From NCBI GenBank assembly GCA_017610305.1, contig JAFCCJ010000002.1, positions 1 to 49,724 of the forward strand: a DNA stretch of 49,724 nt. The letters run 5' to 3'. The notes beneath the pieces are model-generated. The model was not told the DNA's origin. It saw only the letters and a list, made by a program, of their open reading frames with translations, and ran no database searches. The translations under genes and the position numbers were made by a program. The stretch is from Candidatus Iainarchaeum sp. Its GTDB lineage: Archaea; Iainarchaeota; Iainarchaeia; Iainarchaeales; JAFCCJ01. Of the stretch, positions 41,595 through 49,724 are shown one piece after another (position 1 is the stretch's first letter; every line of letters begins with the position of its first letter).

Positions 41595-42309
41595 TCAAAT
41601 CACCTTTTTCATCCTCAATCATTTCATCTTTTTTATCAACATTTTTATCTTCCATTTTCGGCGCCTTCTCCTCTTTAGCCTTCGGGGCATTAACTTTCTT
41701 GCCCGCCTTCTTGGAAAGGAATTCCTCCATCTTATTGGTGAGGTTAGCCGTATGGGCCTCACTCTCTATCTTATTTATGGACTCAATAAGCAGCGGGATG
41801 TTTCCTCCCTTGGCCCATATCCAGCCATTCCTGCCCACAATTATCGATGAACCGGTTCCGTCCTTTAGCACATTGAGCATTGAGCCCTCTCGCCCTATAA
41901 TTCTCGGGACTTTTACAGGGGACACTGTAATAATCTCCCCGTCATAAAGTACCCTTATGTTTTCAATGTCCACTTCCCTTCTTTCATCTATGTCCCTTAT
42001 CTTTGCGGAAAGTATTGAGCCAACTTTTAGCCTATCCCTAATCTCTTTCTTTGAAAGATATGTCGGATAAAGGGTGTTTATGCCAACATCATATCCTGAG
42101 AATTTTTCCCCTGAAACAACACCCACAATCAAATCATTTCTCATTGGAATATAACTTCCCTCCAATGGAACAACCGAGGCATATTCCCCCTCGTCATTTG
42201 CAAGGCCAATTACCTCTGAATAAATCTTTCCTTCCCTCACGAATACGTGAGAGCCTGTCTTCTTTCTTTTGTCAGTTATCAGTTCCCCTGGAACCACAAT
42301 CCTTTTCAT
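41587..42309 (-). CDS. rrp4: Exosome RNA-binding subunit Rrp4 (S1 plus KH) with a K/E-rich tail
   Basis: The N-terminus is IVVPGELI. An S1 segment is followed by a KH GxxG-like IIGREGSMLNVL. The last ~40 aa are low complexity. Confidence 0.85.
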   Translation of the reverse strand: MKRIVVPGELITDKRKKTGSHVFVREGKIYSEVIGLANDEGEYASVVPLEGSYIPMRNDLIVGVVSGEKFSGYDVGINTLYPTYLSKKEIRDRLKVGSILSAKIRDIDERREVDIENIRVLYDGEIITVSPVKVPRIIGREGSMLNVLKDGTGSSIIVGRNGWIWAKGGNIPLLIESINKIESEAHTANLTNKMEEFLSKKAGKKVNAPKAKEEKAPKMEDKNVDKKDEMIEDEKGDLIG

Positions 42310-42310
42310 C

Positions 42311-43006
42311 TCATTCCTCCATTATCTTTGATTCTATGTCTCCATGCGTTATCGCATTAATCTCATTAAATAAATCCTGCTTCATTCCTGCAGGAATTTC
42401 AATCACCGCAATAAGGGAGCCGTCCTTTTGCCACTCCTCTTTTTGCAGCTTGTATTTGTGCAAGGCATGCCCCACCTTTCCTGCGTGAATGGCGGGAACC
42501 TTAATTGCAATCTTCAACTGCTCAAGGGAAATCGGAATTAATTTCCTCAATTCCTTCATAACCTCAGGGATCTGCTCTTTAACTGATTTACTAAAATCAA
42601 TCTGCACCTTTGCCTCCTCAATCGCATTTTCAATTCTCTGTGGCGGGTGCGGAGTTTTTGTCTGGGGATTCACAGCATTCCTCGCAATGAAAGAAATAAG
42701 TTCCTTCCTCTTCTTTTCCAGCATATCCCTTCTTTGCACGGTTGTTAACTGAACCTCCCCTTCGAGAATAATTTTTTTTGCGATTGCATTGATTTCCTCA
42801 GTTCCAAAAACCTCCTTTACCGTTTCCTCAGACTTCTCATCGCCTTTATTCGCGTCCTTGAAAACGGTGTCAATAACCAATAAATCATTAAAATTCACGT
42901 CTCTTCCCTCTTTCAAATCCATGGCCAAATCTGGGTCGACCAGCATCTCAAATTTTTCGCCTTTAGTTTCAAAGCGGGCTATGACCGCATCTTCCATTTT
43001 TACCAT
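42311..43006 (-). CDS. sdo1: Ribosome maturation protein SBDS/Sdo1
   Basis: AVIARFETKGEKFEMLVDPDLA...VFKDANKGDEKSEE is the FYSH-domain pattern. 231 aa. Confidence 0.85.
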   Translation of the reverse strand: MVKMEDAVIARFETKGEKFEMLVDPDLAMDLKEGRDVNFNDLLVIDTVFKDANKGDEKSEETVKEVFGTEEINAIAKKIILEGEVQLTTVQRRDMLEKKRKELISFIARNAVNPQTKTPHPPQRIENAIEEAKVQIDFSKSVKEQIPEVMKELRKLIPISLEQLKIAIKVPAIHAGKVGHALHKYKLQKEEWQKDGSLIAVIEIPAGMKQDLFNEINAITHGDIESKIMEE

Positions 43007-43035
43007 TTAAAAAACCCCTCCCGGGGGCGATTTTT

Positions 43036-43755
43036 TCATTTCCCTAAATAAGACTTCAATTTTTCAGCAGAAATTTTCTTGAACTTTCTGCCAGCGTCTA
43101 TAAATGCAAACTCCATTCGGTTGTAATCAAGGGTTTCCTTTTCATCAAGGCCTGCCTTCAGTGCCTTCAGCGCAAGTGCAACAGCGGAGTCAAGGGTCAT
43201 TCCTTCCTTGTATTGCTTTTCCATTAATTCCATTGCCTTGCCCCTGTTCTTGCCGATTGCGGTGGCGTTATATTCTGCCATTGCCCCGCTTGGCTCGGTC
43301 TCAAACAGCCTTGCTCCTGTGTCATCAACACCCCCGATAATAAAACTTATTCCAAAAGGCCTCATGCCTCCGTATTGGGTGAACACCTGCTTAACATTTG
43401 AAACTTCCTTGACCAATGTTTCAATTTGTATTGCTTCCTCATAATACATGATATTTTCCTGTGCCTTGTTTCTTGCAATTCCAATAAGCCTTCTTGCATC
43501 CCCAACTAACCCTGCGGAAACTGCGGCAACATGGTCATCAATTTTGAACAATTTTTCAATTGATTCAGGCAAAAGTAATTTGCTTGGAACCTTTTTATCC
43601 GCCCCAAAAAGAACTCCGTCAGCATACCTTATGCCAACACCCAATGTGCCCTGGCCAACGATTTTTGCGGCATACTCCACCTGGTAGAGTCTCCCGTCTG
43701 GGCTGAACATGGTTGCAACCCTATCGTAATTCGCGCTCTGAGAAACAGGATACAT
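43036..43755 (-). CDS. psmA: Proteasome subunit alpha
   Basis: YDRVATMFSPDGRLYQVEYA hallmark. 239 aa. Confidence 0.92.
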   Translation of the reverse strand: MYPVSQSANYDRVATMFSPDGRLYQVEYAAKIVGQGTLGVGIRYADGVLFGADKKVPSKLLLPESIEKLFKIDDHVAAVSAGLVGDARRLIGIARNKAQENIMYYEEAIQIETLVKEVSNVKQVFTQYGGMRPFGISFIIGGVDDTGARLFETEPSGAMAEYNATAIGKNRGKAMELMEKQYKEGMTLDSAVALALKALKAGLDEKETLDYNRMEFAFIDAGRKFKKISAEKLKSYLGK

Positions 43756-43829
43756 AAAATTCCACTCGTTTTTCTCCGTTTATACTAAATATGCTATCGT
43801 AAGGTATATAAAGCTTGTTTTAACGGAAT

Positions 43830-44171
43830 TTATTTCGCCCTTAGTTTCTTCAAAGAGCCGGAAACCAGAGTTATTTTAGGGTTTACTGACATGGAGCTAA
43901 CTTTTTTCAGGAAAAGAAGCCCTGCTTTTACCTCTTCAGTGGTTTCATTTGCACATCGAATAATTCCTTTTCCTTTTTTGAATTCAATCATCCAGATTTT
44001 CTGCCTTGCTACTCCCACTTCACCATAGAGTTTCAGGAAATTCTCCCAAACCGCTTTGGATATCTCATTCTCGCTTAATTTCTCCCCGCCAATGAGTTCG
44101 AATGAAATATACCTCTTTTTTCCCCTCATTGTGGGGGGGATTGGCTTAATGCTCTTTTTCACGTTTTTCAT
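43830..44171 (-). CDS. rnp2: RNase P protein component 2 (Pop5/Rnp2)
   Basis: RGKKRYISFELIG...AVWENFLKLYGEVG pattern. Conserved position. Confidence 0.75.
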   Translation of the reverse strand: MKNVKKSIKPIPPTMRGKKRYISFELIGGEKLSENEISKAVWENFLKLYGEVGVARQKIWMIEFKKGKGIIRCANETTEEVKAGLLFLKKVSSMSVNPKITLVSGSLKKLRAK

Positions 44172-44701
44172 TTCAATTCCCCTAAATCTTTATCTACATC
44201 CAACTTATTAAAAATCTCATTCTCCAGTTTCTGGGCCGGAGAATAGGAATTTTCGATAATTTCCGCCAGTTCCTTGCTGATATGGCCATAGGTTTCACGC
44301 AGATAAACAAATCTCTCATCAAGGGAAACAATCTGGTCGTGATTCACACGCTTATCGGCATACCAAACGATTTTGTCCTCCCAAGTGTTCAGTTCCCCTT
44401 CCTGCAGAATATTTCCCAAACCATGCTTACTGACAACTTCCGCCACTTTGGGAAATCCCTTCTCGCGAAGAATCCTCTCACTCTCTTTTCCATGTTTCAT
44501 TCCTGAGGGCTCTATTACCTTATCAATATCATGCAGGATTGTGGCAGTATCCACCAGAGCCAAATCAATTTTTTCGCCTTTTTCCTTGAGCTTTTCAGCG
44601 AGGTAATTTGCCACCTTATTTACCGCCATTGAATGGTCGATTATATTTTGCGGGAGGAAAGATTTCATAATTTCCAGCGCCTCCTCATGTGACGGGATCA
44701 T
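44168..44701 (-). CDS. HD/HDIG-domain metal-dependent phosphohydrolase
   Basis: H...HDIDK motif (DHSMAVNKVANYL...TATILHDIDK). 4-nt overlaps with both RNase P subunit genes. Confidence 0.7.
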   Translation of the reverse strand: MIPSHEEALEIMKSFLPQNIIDHSMAVNKVANYLAEKLKEKGEKIDLALVDTATILHDIDKVIEPSGMKHGKESERILREKGFPKVAEVVSKHGLGNILQEGELNTWEDKIVWYADKRVNHDQIVSLDERFVYLRETYGHISKELAEIIENSYSPAQKLENEIFNKLDVDKDLGELK

Positions 44702-45339
44702 TTTACCACCCTAAAGCCAGGGGTGCTTTTTCTTTCGAACAGATTCTTTTCAGCATTTGCAATCGCATCATTTGCCTCCTTTTCAGAAAAGCCCAGCACA
44801 ATCGCAAGCGCGGAAAGGTCATCCACAGAACGGATTTCATCCTCCCCCTTTGCCCCGCTGAAAAGGCAAAAATTCACCTTAAATTTCTTCAGCATTTTAA
44901 CAACAAGAAAATAATTCTTCCAGAAAAGCGCGGCATTCCTTCCCCCCACATTCAGAAAATCCGAAAACAAAAATCCAAAACAAACCTTGTTGTCAGTTAA
45001 GGTTCTTGCAACCGCAGTATCGAAGGAAAGTTTTGCGGAATCAACCGCATTAATCAAAAGGTCCACTTCCTTGTGCGAGGCGGCAAATTTATTCATTTCA
45101 GGGGTTCCGCCCATAACAGCAACCAAGTCTAATTTTGATTTCATTTTGCGGAGCTGCTTCATGTCCCTCTTGCGCAAAATAAAACAGCTTCGGATTGGAA
45201 ATTTTGCTTTCCTGATTTTTTTGTTCAGTTCCCCCAGTTCCTTTTCAGAATCGGTGGCAACAATAACTGAATCATTTCCCAGAAGTTTTGAGTATTTCTC
45301 AATTTCCTCGAGCTCGGAAAACTGGACTAAATCAAGCAT
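44698..45339 (-). CDS. rnp3: RNase P protein component 3 (Rpp30/Rnp3)
   Basis: 213 aa. The pattern resembles a PHP-like TIM barrel (DLVAVMGGT...VDLLINA...VCFGFLFSDFL). It directly follows L15e, as in other archaea. Confidence 0.7.
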   Translation of the reverse strand: MLDLVQFSELEEIEKYSKLLGNDSVIVATDSEKELGELNKKIRKAKFPIRSCFILRKRDMKQLRKMKSKLDLVAVMGGTPEMNKFAASHKEVDLLINAVDSAKLSFDTAVARTLTDNKVCFGFLFSDFLNVGGRNAALFWKNYFLVVKMLKKFKVNFCLFSGAKGEDEIRSVDDLSALAIVLGFSEKEANDAIANAEKNLFERKSTPGFRVVK

Positions 45340-45381
45340 TTCAATCAGTAAAAAATAGGTTAATGGAAGTTAAAAATTGAT

Positions 45382-45999
45382 TTACTTGGCCTTTCTTCCC
45401 TTTGCCCGGACACTTGGCCTTGACTTTTCAGAGCCTCTACCTTTCTTGTGCTGGCCCCTGGCCTTCTTTCCTGCTGAAGTTTTTCCCCTTTCTGCCCTTC
45501 CCTTATGCTTCCTGTCAGTCATCCAGCCCAAATCTCTGTCAGAGATTATTGATGGGGACGAAGTATCAACCAAAATAACCTCATAATATTTCTTCTGGCC
45601 GTCCTCGCCAACAAAATAGGAATTCAGAACCTCACAATTTGGGAATTTTTTGCCTGCCCTTCTTTCAGCAATTGCCTTAATGCTGGTTCTTCGCGTAAGC
45701 TTATTCACACCCATTCTCTTAGGCCTTCTTCCCCTTGTAGGCCTTCTGTGCAAACCAGACCCTTTTCTAATCCTCACTCTTGCAACAACAATGCCTTGCT
45801 TTGCCTTGTAACCTAATTTCCTTGCACGGGCAATATTTGTGGGCTTTTCCACCTTAACAATAGCCAATGGCTCTTTCCTGAATTCAATAAGCCTGTCCCG
45901 GTAAATGCTTTTGTATGCATAGTCAGGACTCTTATCGCCCTTGTATTCCTTCTGGAATGTTTCAGTTACTGCCTTAGATAGACCCATAAAATCACTCAA
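45382..45999 (-). CDS. rpl15e: Ribosomal protein L15e
   Basis: YRDRLIEFRKEP...ARKLGYKAKQGIVVARVRIRKG...RRPKRMG is colinear with eL15. Confidence 0.9.
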   Translation of the reverse strand: MSDFMGLSKAVTETFQKEYKGDKSPDYAYKSIYRDRLIEFRKEPLAIVKVEKPTNIARARKLGYKAKQGIVVARVRIRKGSGLHRRPTRGRRPKRMGVNKLTRRTSIKAIAERRAGKKFPNCEVLNSYFVGEDGQKKYYEVILVDTSSPSIISDRDLGWMTDRKHKGRAERGKTSAGKKARGQHKKGRGSEKSRPSVRAKGRKAK

Positions 46000-46070
46000 A
46001 AAGAGAGAATTTGTATTAATAATCTTTGAAAGGTAAGTAATTTAAAGCTTTCAATTTCCCTGCCAGGAAC

Positions 46071-48356
46071 TTAAGGGGTGAATTCCAGGATTCCTTCATT
46101 TGTGGTGGATTGGGCGATTATGGAATTTGTGTCTTGTGTGAGGTTTTCGATGAGGATTGAATAGGAAACTGATGGTGAGAGGGCAGCTATGACATTCGTG
46201 AGGGAAGTGTCTGAATCATACTGGTACTGTAATTTTTCCGCAGCACAGACATTTATTGTTCCAAAGGAAATGGTGCAGGCCTGGAAATCGACAACCACCG
46301 GAATGCTAACCGAAAAGATCTTCCTCGCATAGGCTATTTCCCCTTCACTTGCCCAGATCCAGAGTGCTGTGCTGTCGACAGGGAAACCAGTGATTCCGAT
46401 ATTCCATGGAGATACGCCATAGGCACCATAATCAATTGCGTCCTCCCAGGCGGAATCATCAAATGCAGTTGTTTCCCATCCTGTTTCAAGTGTTGCAGAT
46501 GTTTTCCAGCTGTTGTCAGATAATATTTTGTTTCCGCAGTAATCCGCATCCATAATTATTCCTTTCGCCCCTCCCTCAGAATTGTCCCCCATCACTGCAA
46601 GTACATTTTCCCCGCTTTGCAGTTCTGCCGAATAAGTTTCCGCATCAGCCCAGGCGCGGTAGCTGTGGTCTTCCCCAATCAAGGTTCCGTTTAAGTATAA
46701 ATCATATTCGTCATCAGAACCTATTGTTATGTTTAGGGCGTTGCAGGAAACTAAACAAACTGGCTCCAGAGCGCATTCATCATCATCGCAATCGGCCGAG
46801 CCATCACAATCGTCATCTATTCCATTATCGCAGATTTCCTGTTCCGGGACGCATGCCGTGCAGCTTCCGTCAGCCTCACAAGTATCAGCTGCACCAAGGC
46901 AATCACAGGTTGCACAGTCATCAATTAATGTTCCTTCAGAGCAGAAAACGGGCTGGGTGGGGGAGCATTGGCCATATTCTGTGCCATCATCGCAAGTTGG
47001 CACAATGCAGGCAGGGTCAGACTCGCAATCTTCAGTATCGGCGCAATCGGTCAATCCATCACAGTCATCATCCAATGTGCTGTCGCAGATTTCTTCTTCA
47101 GGGAAAACTGTTTGTGTGCATTCCCCCCAAACTCCCCCTGAGCAGGTTTGCTCCCCTGTTGCGCAGATTCCGAGTTCCCCTGTTGCGCAAGGGCGGGGGG
47201 CTCCCTCAGTACAGGGAGGTGCGGCACCAAATGAAATCTCATATCCTATTTCGTTCATAACCCCGTCAGCATCAACTACGTAAAGGTAGGCGGCATCTCC
47301 CTCAAAAAATGGGCTCTGCTTCGCAGTAAATGTTATTCTTCCATCAGACCATGTTTCCGGCACTTGAATTCCACACTTGGCGCTACTTTCATAAGTACCT
47401 TTATCACATATCCCAATCCTTGCCCAGGAGTTGTCGAGGTAAAAATTATCAAAATGCTGTATGGCCTCGCAGGTTACTGCAGTATGGTCGAGGTTGGTGC
47501 AAGCCTCTCCAATATAAACCCTGTCCCAGTAATGCTGTGTTGCCCTTGTAACAATATTATGTAAATCTATTATCTTAACCATTGGCACATCACTGCCCAA
47601 AGCACGGCTGTGCCATGCCTCAATAGAACCATCACCAACACCATTGCCTGATTGATGTGCCTGAAGCCTTACCTGGACCCATTCTTCTTGGGGATAGCTT
47701 CCAAAAGAATAAGTTTCTGTACGACTGCCAGTGTTATGCTGATAGTACGAACCAACACTATCAGGAGTCTGACCCCAGTTATACTGGGCAAATTTCATGG
47801 CCTCAACATCATAGCTTTCAAGCCTCCATAATTTTATCTGGTGCCTTTCGTAATCTGTTCCTAGGTCAAATCTCACCCAGAAAGTGATAAACAAATCCTC
47901 CAAGATAATGTCAGTGGTTCCCCATTTTAGGTAAGCCTCTCTTTGGAAATTTGTATAGTAATCATCCATGTTATTCTCAGAGCAGGTTGTGCTTCCAGGA
48001 AGGTTGATTAAGGGGTCAGTAGTATAGGTTAAATTATCTGCTTGGAAGGCATGTGCCCACATATCCGGATAGGTTAATGAATAGGCTGTGGGAACATCGC
48101 TAGTCAGGGCATGCCTGGAAGGGGTGATTAATGACCCATGTACAGGCACCTCTCCAGTAAAATTATCTATTTCAAAATCATCGAAAAACAATGGGTGCGC
48201 CCCCCTTGGGCCATTCTTAACACCAAACCCAGTTCCTGAGATTGAAACACTATCCCCATATGAAAATGTGGGATCCACGGAATCGATTTGAGGAATTGCA
48301 CAAACGGAGATGGATAGTAAAATTAAGAAAATTACGGGGAAAATTATTATTTTCAT
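46071..48356 (-). CDS. Large secreted multidomain protein: IPT/TIG-like N-domain, lectin/lyase-like jelly-roll, Cys/Asp-rich CDxxxDDDCDG repeats, C-terminal galactose-binding-like domain
   Basis: Signal peptide (LLLSISVCAIPQ). SISGTGFG. Two copies of EICD[SN]x[LI]DDDCDGxxDCxD. The C-terminus has the FDDSAWEDA motif seen in glycosidase carbohydrate-binding modules. Confidence 0.65.
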   Translation of the reverse strand: MKIIIFPVIFLILLSISVCAIPQIDSVDPTFSYGDSVSISGTGFGVKNGPRGAHPLFFDDFEIDNFTGEVPVHGSLITPSRHALTSDVPTAYSLTYPDMWAHAFQADNLTYTTDPLINLPGSTTCSENNMDDYYTNFQREAYLKWGTTDIILEDLFITFWVRFDLGTDYERHQIKLWRLESYDVEAMKFAQYNWGQTPDSVGSYYQHNTGSRTETYSFGSYPQEEWVQVRLQAHQSGNGVGDGSIEAWHSRALGSDVPMVKIIDLHNIVTRATQHYWDRVYIGEACTNLDHTAVTCEAIQHFDNFYLDNSWARIGICDKGTYESSAKCGIQVPETWSDGRITFTAKQSPFFEGDAAYLYVVDADGVMNEIGYEISFGAAPPCTEGAPRPCATGELGICATGEQTCSGGVWGECTQTVFPEEEICDSTLDDDCDGLTDCADTEDCESDPACIVPTCDDGTEYGQCSPTQPVFCSEGTLIDDCATCDCLGAADTCEADGSCTACVPEQEICDNGIDDDCDGSADCDDDECALEPVCLVSCNALNITIGSDDEYDLYLNGTLIGEDHSYRAWADAETYSAELQSGENVLAVMGDNSEGGAKGIIMDADYCGNKILSDNSWKTSATLETGWETTAFDDSAWEDAIDYGAYGVSPWNIGITGFPVDSTALWIWASEGEIAYARKIFSVSIPVVVDFQACTISFGTINVCAAEKLQYQYDSDTSLTNVIAALSPSVSYSILIENLTQDTNSIIAQSTTNEGILEFTP

Positions 48357-48409
48357 TGCTCAGAATAAGGGCGAAGGAGAATTTAATTCTATTGTCGGGA
48401 GTATAAAAT

Positions 48410-49336
48410 ATGGCAAAATGCGACAAATGCCCGGAGGAATCTAAAATTTCAATTCCCTATGGCCCGCACAAATTCTGCAGGGGGCACTTTCTTGAGTTTT
48501 TTGAGAGAAGGGTGAGGAAAACCATCCGCATGAATAAACTTGTGAAAGGTAGGGAAAGGATTGCGATTGGGGTTAGTGGGGGCAAGGATTCCCTTGTGAC
48601 GCTGCATATTCTCCATAAAATTTTCGGGAAAATTCATCCAATCCACGCAATTATGATTGATGAGGGAATTAAGGGTTACAGGGACAAGGCGCTTAAGTTT
48701 GCGAAACAGGGCTGTGAGGAATTGGGTGTGGAATACACAGTTGTTTCCATGAAGGAGGAGATTGGCTTTTCCATGACAGAGGTTATGAAAAAGATTTCAA
48801 AGGATAAAAAATTGGGAAAAAGCTGTTCCTATTGCGGGGTTTTCCGGAGGATGCTGCTGAACAAAACCGCGCTGGAATTAAAGGCGAAAAAGATTGCCAC
48901 AGGGCATAATCTGGATGATGAGGTGCAGAGCATTTTGATGAATTTTTTTGATAATGATTGGGTGAGGATGTCGAGGCTGGGGCCGATTGCTGGAATTAAG
49001 GGATTCAAGAAATTTGTACCAAGGATTAAGCCTCTTTACGAAACTCCAGAAACCGAAGTTCTTGCATATGCTTCTTTTAACGGGATTGAGCATTTTTCAG
49101 AGGAGTGCTGCCCTTTCAGCTGGCAGGCAAAAAGGACCCATTTCAGGGAAATGGTTGATAATATGGAAAGGGAGATGCCTGGGACGAAATACAAAATTCT
49201 CGCCTCTTTCAGGGAAATAAAGCCTAAATTGAAATCCTTTAAGGGCGGGGAAAAGCCAAATAGCTGTAAATGGTGCAATTCCCCTGCTTCAGGGGAAATC
49301 TGCCAAAGCTGCAAGCAGTTGGAAAGGATTAAATAG
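48410..49336 (+). CDS. tRNA 2-thiolation PP-loop ATPase (TtuA/NcsA/Ctu1 family)
   Basis: N-terminal CDKC...C..H zinc site, PP-loop GVSGGKDS, central CSYCG and C-terminal CKWC...CQSC. Confidence 0.8.
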   Translation: MAKCDKCPEESKISIPYGPHKFCRGHFLEFFERRVRKTIRMNKLVKGRERIAIGVSGGKDSLVTLHILHKIFGKIHPIHAIMIDEGIKGYRDKALKFAKQGCEELGVEYTVVSMKEEIGFSMTEVMKKISKDKKLGKSCSYCGVFRRMLLNKTALELKAKKIATGHNLDDEVQSILMNFFDNDWVRMSRLGPIAGIKGFKKFVPRIKPLYETPETEVLAYASFNGIEHFSEECCPFSWQAKRTHFREMVDNMEREMPGTKYKILASFREIKPKLKSFKGGEKPNSCKWCNSPASGEICQSCKQLERIK

Positions 49337-49368
49337 TAACAGGGGTTCGTGGAAGCCTAGCGTAAATC

Positions 49369-49388
49369 CTTTTTAAACCTTTTTAAAC
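49369..49388 (+). promoter_or_regulatory. Tandem 10-nt direct repeat CTTTTTAAAC x2, TATA-box-like, upstream of tRNA-Val
   Basis: Exact repeat at 49369-49378 and 49379-49388. The second TTTTAAA is 21-27 nt upstream of the tRNA 5' end. Confidence 0.4.
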
Positions 49389-49407
49389 GCAAGTTTTATT
49401 TGTTAGT

Positions 49408-49513
49408 GGGCCTGTGGTCTAGTGGTTATGACATCACGTTGACAAGTCTATAAGAAGTAATTTTTATTGACGCAGATTCGTGGGGATCGGCGGTTCGATT
49501 CCGCCCAGGCCCA
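49408..49513 (+). tRNA. tRNA-Val (anticodon GAC) with a 33-nt intron at 37/38 (intron 49445-49477)
   Basis: GGGCCTGTGGTCTAGTGGTTATGAC is a typical archaeal tRNA-Val 5' half. Anticodon stem TCACG/CGTGG, loop TT-GAC-A|intron|T, T-arm GGCGG-TTCGATT-CCGCC and discriminator A. The BHB-like fold is described in the findings. Confidence 0.8.
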
Positions 49514-49723
49514 TTAACTCTTTTTTTGAGTAGATTGCTTTTTCTTTTTCACTTTCTTTTCTTCGCCCTTCTTTTCCAGTTTTGCGGCGGGGGCCTTTTC
49601 AATCATTATGCCCATTTCTTCCGCAAACTTCTTTTCAAAGGCGGTGAGTTCCGCCATCTTTGCATTTATTTTCTTTATATGCTCGGTGATTGCCCTGTCC
49701 CTTGCTTCCATTCGCTCAGTCAT
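49514..49723 (-). CDS. Small coiled-coil protein with a Lys-rich tail, unknown function
   Basis: 69-aa ORF whose ATG is at the last bases of the window. Its stop abuts the tRNA-Val 3' end. Confidence 0.4.
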   Translation of the reverse strand: MTERMEARDRAITEHIKKINAKMAELTAFEKKFAEEMGIMIEKAPAAKLEKKGEEKKVKKKKQSTQKKS

Positions 49724-49724
49724 G

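Noticed and set aside
46724-47283. Two long + strand ORFs (178 and 184 aa) opposite the Cys-rich repeat region of the 761-aa gene.
   Set aside because: They fall in the locally GC-rich, stop-poor antisense of the Cys/Asp repeats. The minus-strand frame carries a signal peptide and coherent domains across 2.3 kb.

Overview
Densely coded archaeal chromosome segment. About 42-47% GC in hand-counted backbone windows. Archaeal origin is supported by the conserved 'superoperon' on the minus strand (39.1-46.0 kb): L15e, RNase P Rpp30, an HD hydrolase, RNase P Pop5, proteasome alpha, SBDS, exosome Rrp4/Rrp41/Rrp42, L37Ae, RpoP, Pcc1 and prefoldin beta. Further support comes from Nop5-fibrillarin, the archaeal CoA genes (pantoate kinase and phosphopantothenate synthetase), archaeal-type GlyRS, NMD3, an aCPSF-like beta-CASP RNase, and three tRNAs, two of which carry BHB-type introns. 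Short genes, lysine-rich tails and many secreted or adhesin-like proteins are compatible with a small-genome (DPANN-like) archaeon, but I cannot establish lineage from this window. Two accessory stretches stand out. (i) 0.6-8.5 kb holds a MacB/FtsX-type ABC operon with an S-layer/CARDB-like protein embedded in it, followed by large secreted proteins. (ii) 20.2-29.7 kb holds small membrane proteins, an orphan HicB-like gene and four tandem, translationally coupled paralogues (wHTH plus an unknown ~200-aa domain). These paralogues converge, with 1 nt between stop codons, on a strongly AT-rich island (about 25-30% GC). The island encodes a UbiA prenyltransferase, a V4R protein and a geranylgeranyl-reductase-like flavoprotein; a KaiC-like ATPase straddles its boundary, and a small membrane protein with Asp-rich motifs (~35% GC) is adjacent. 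This is my best candidate for an undescribed system. A second wHTH plus V4R gene pair lies at 32.6-33.5 kb. I saw no CRISPR array, rRNA, transposase or integrase. All product calls rest on motif recognition by eye, not on database searches.
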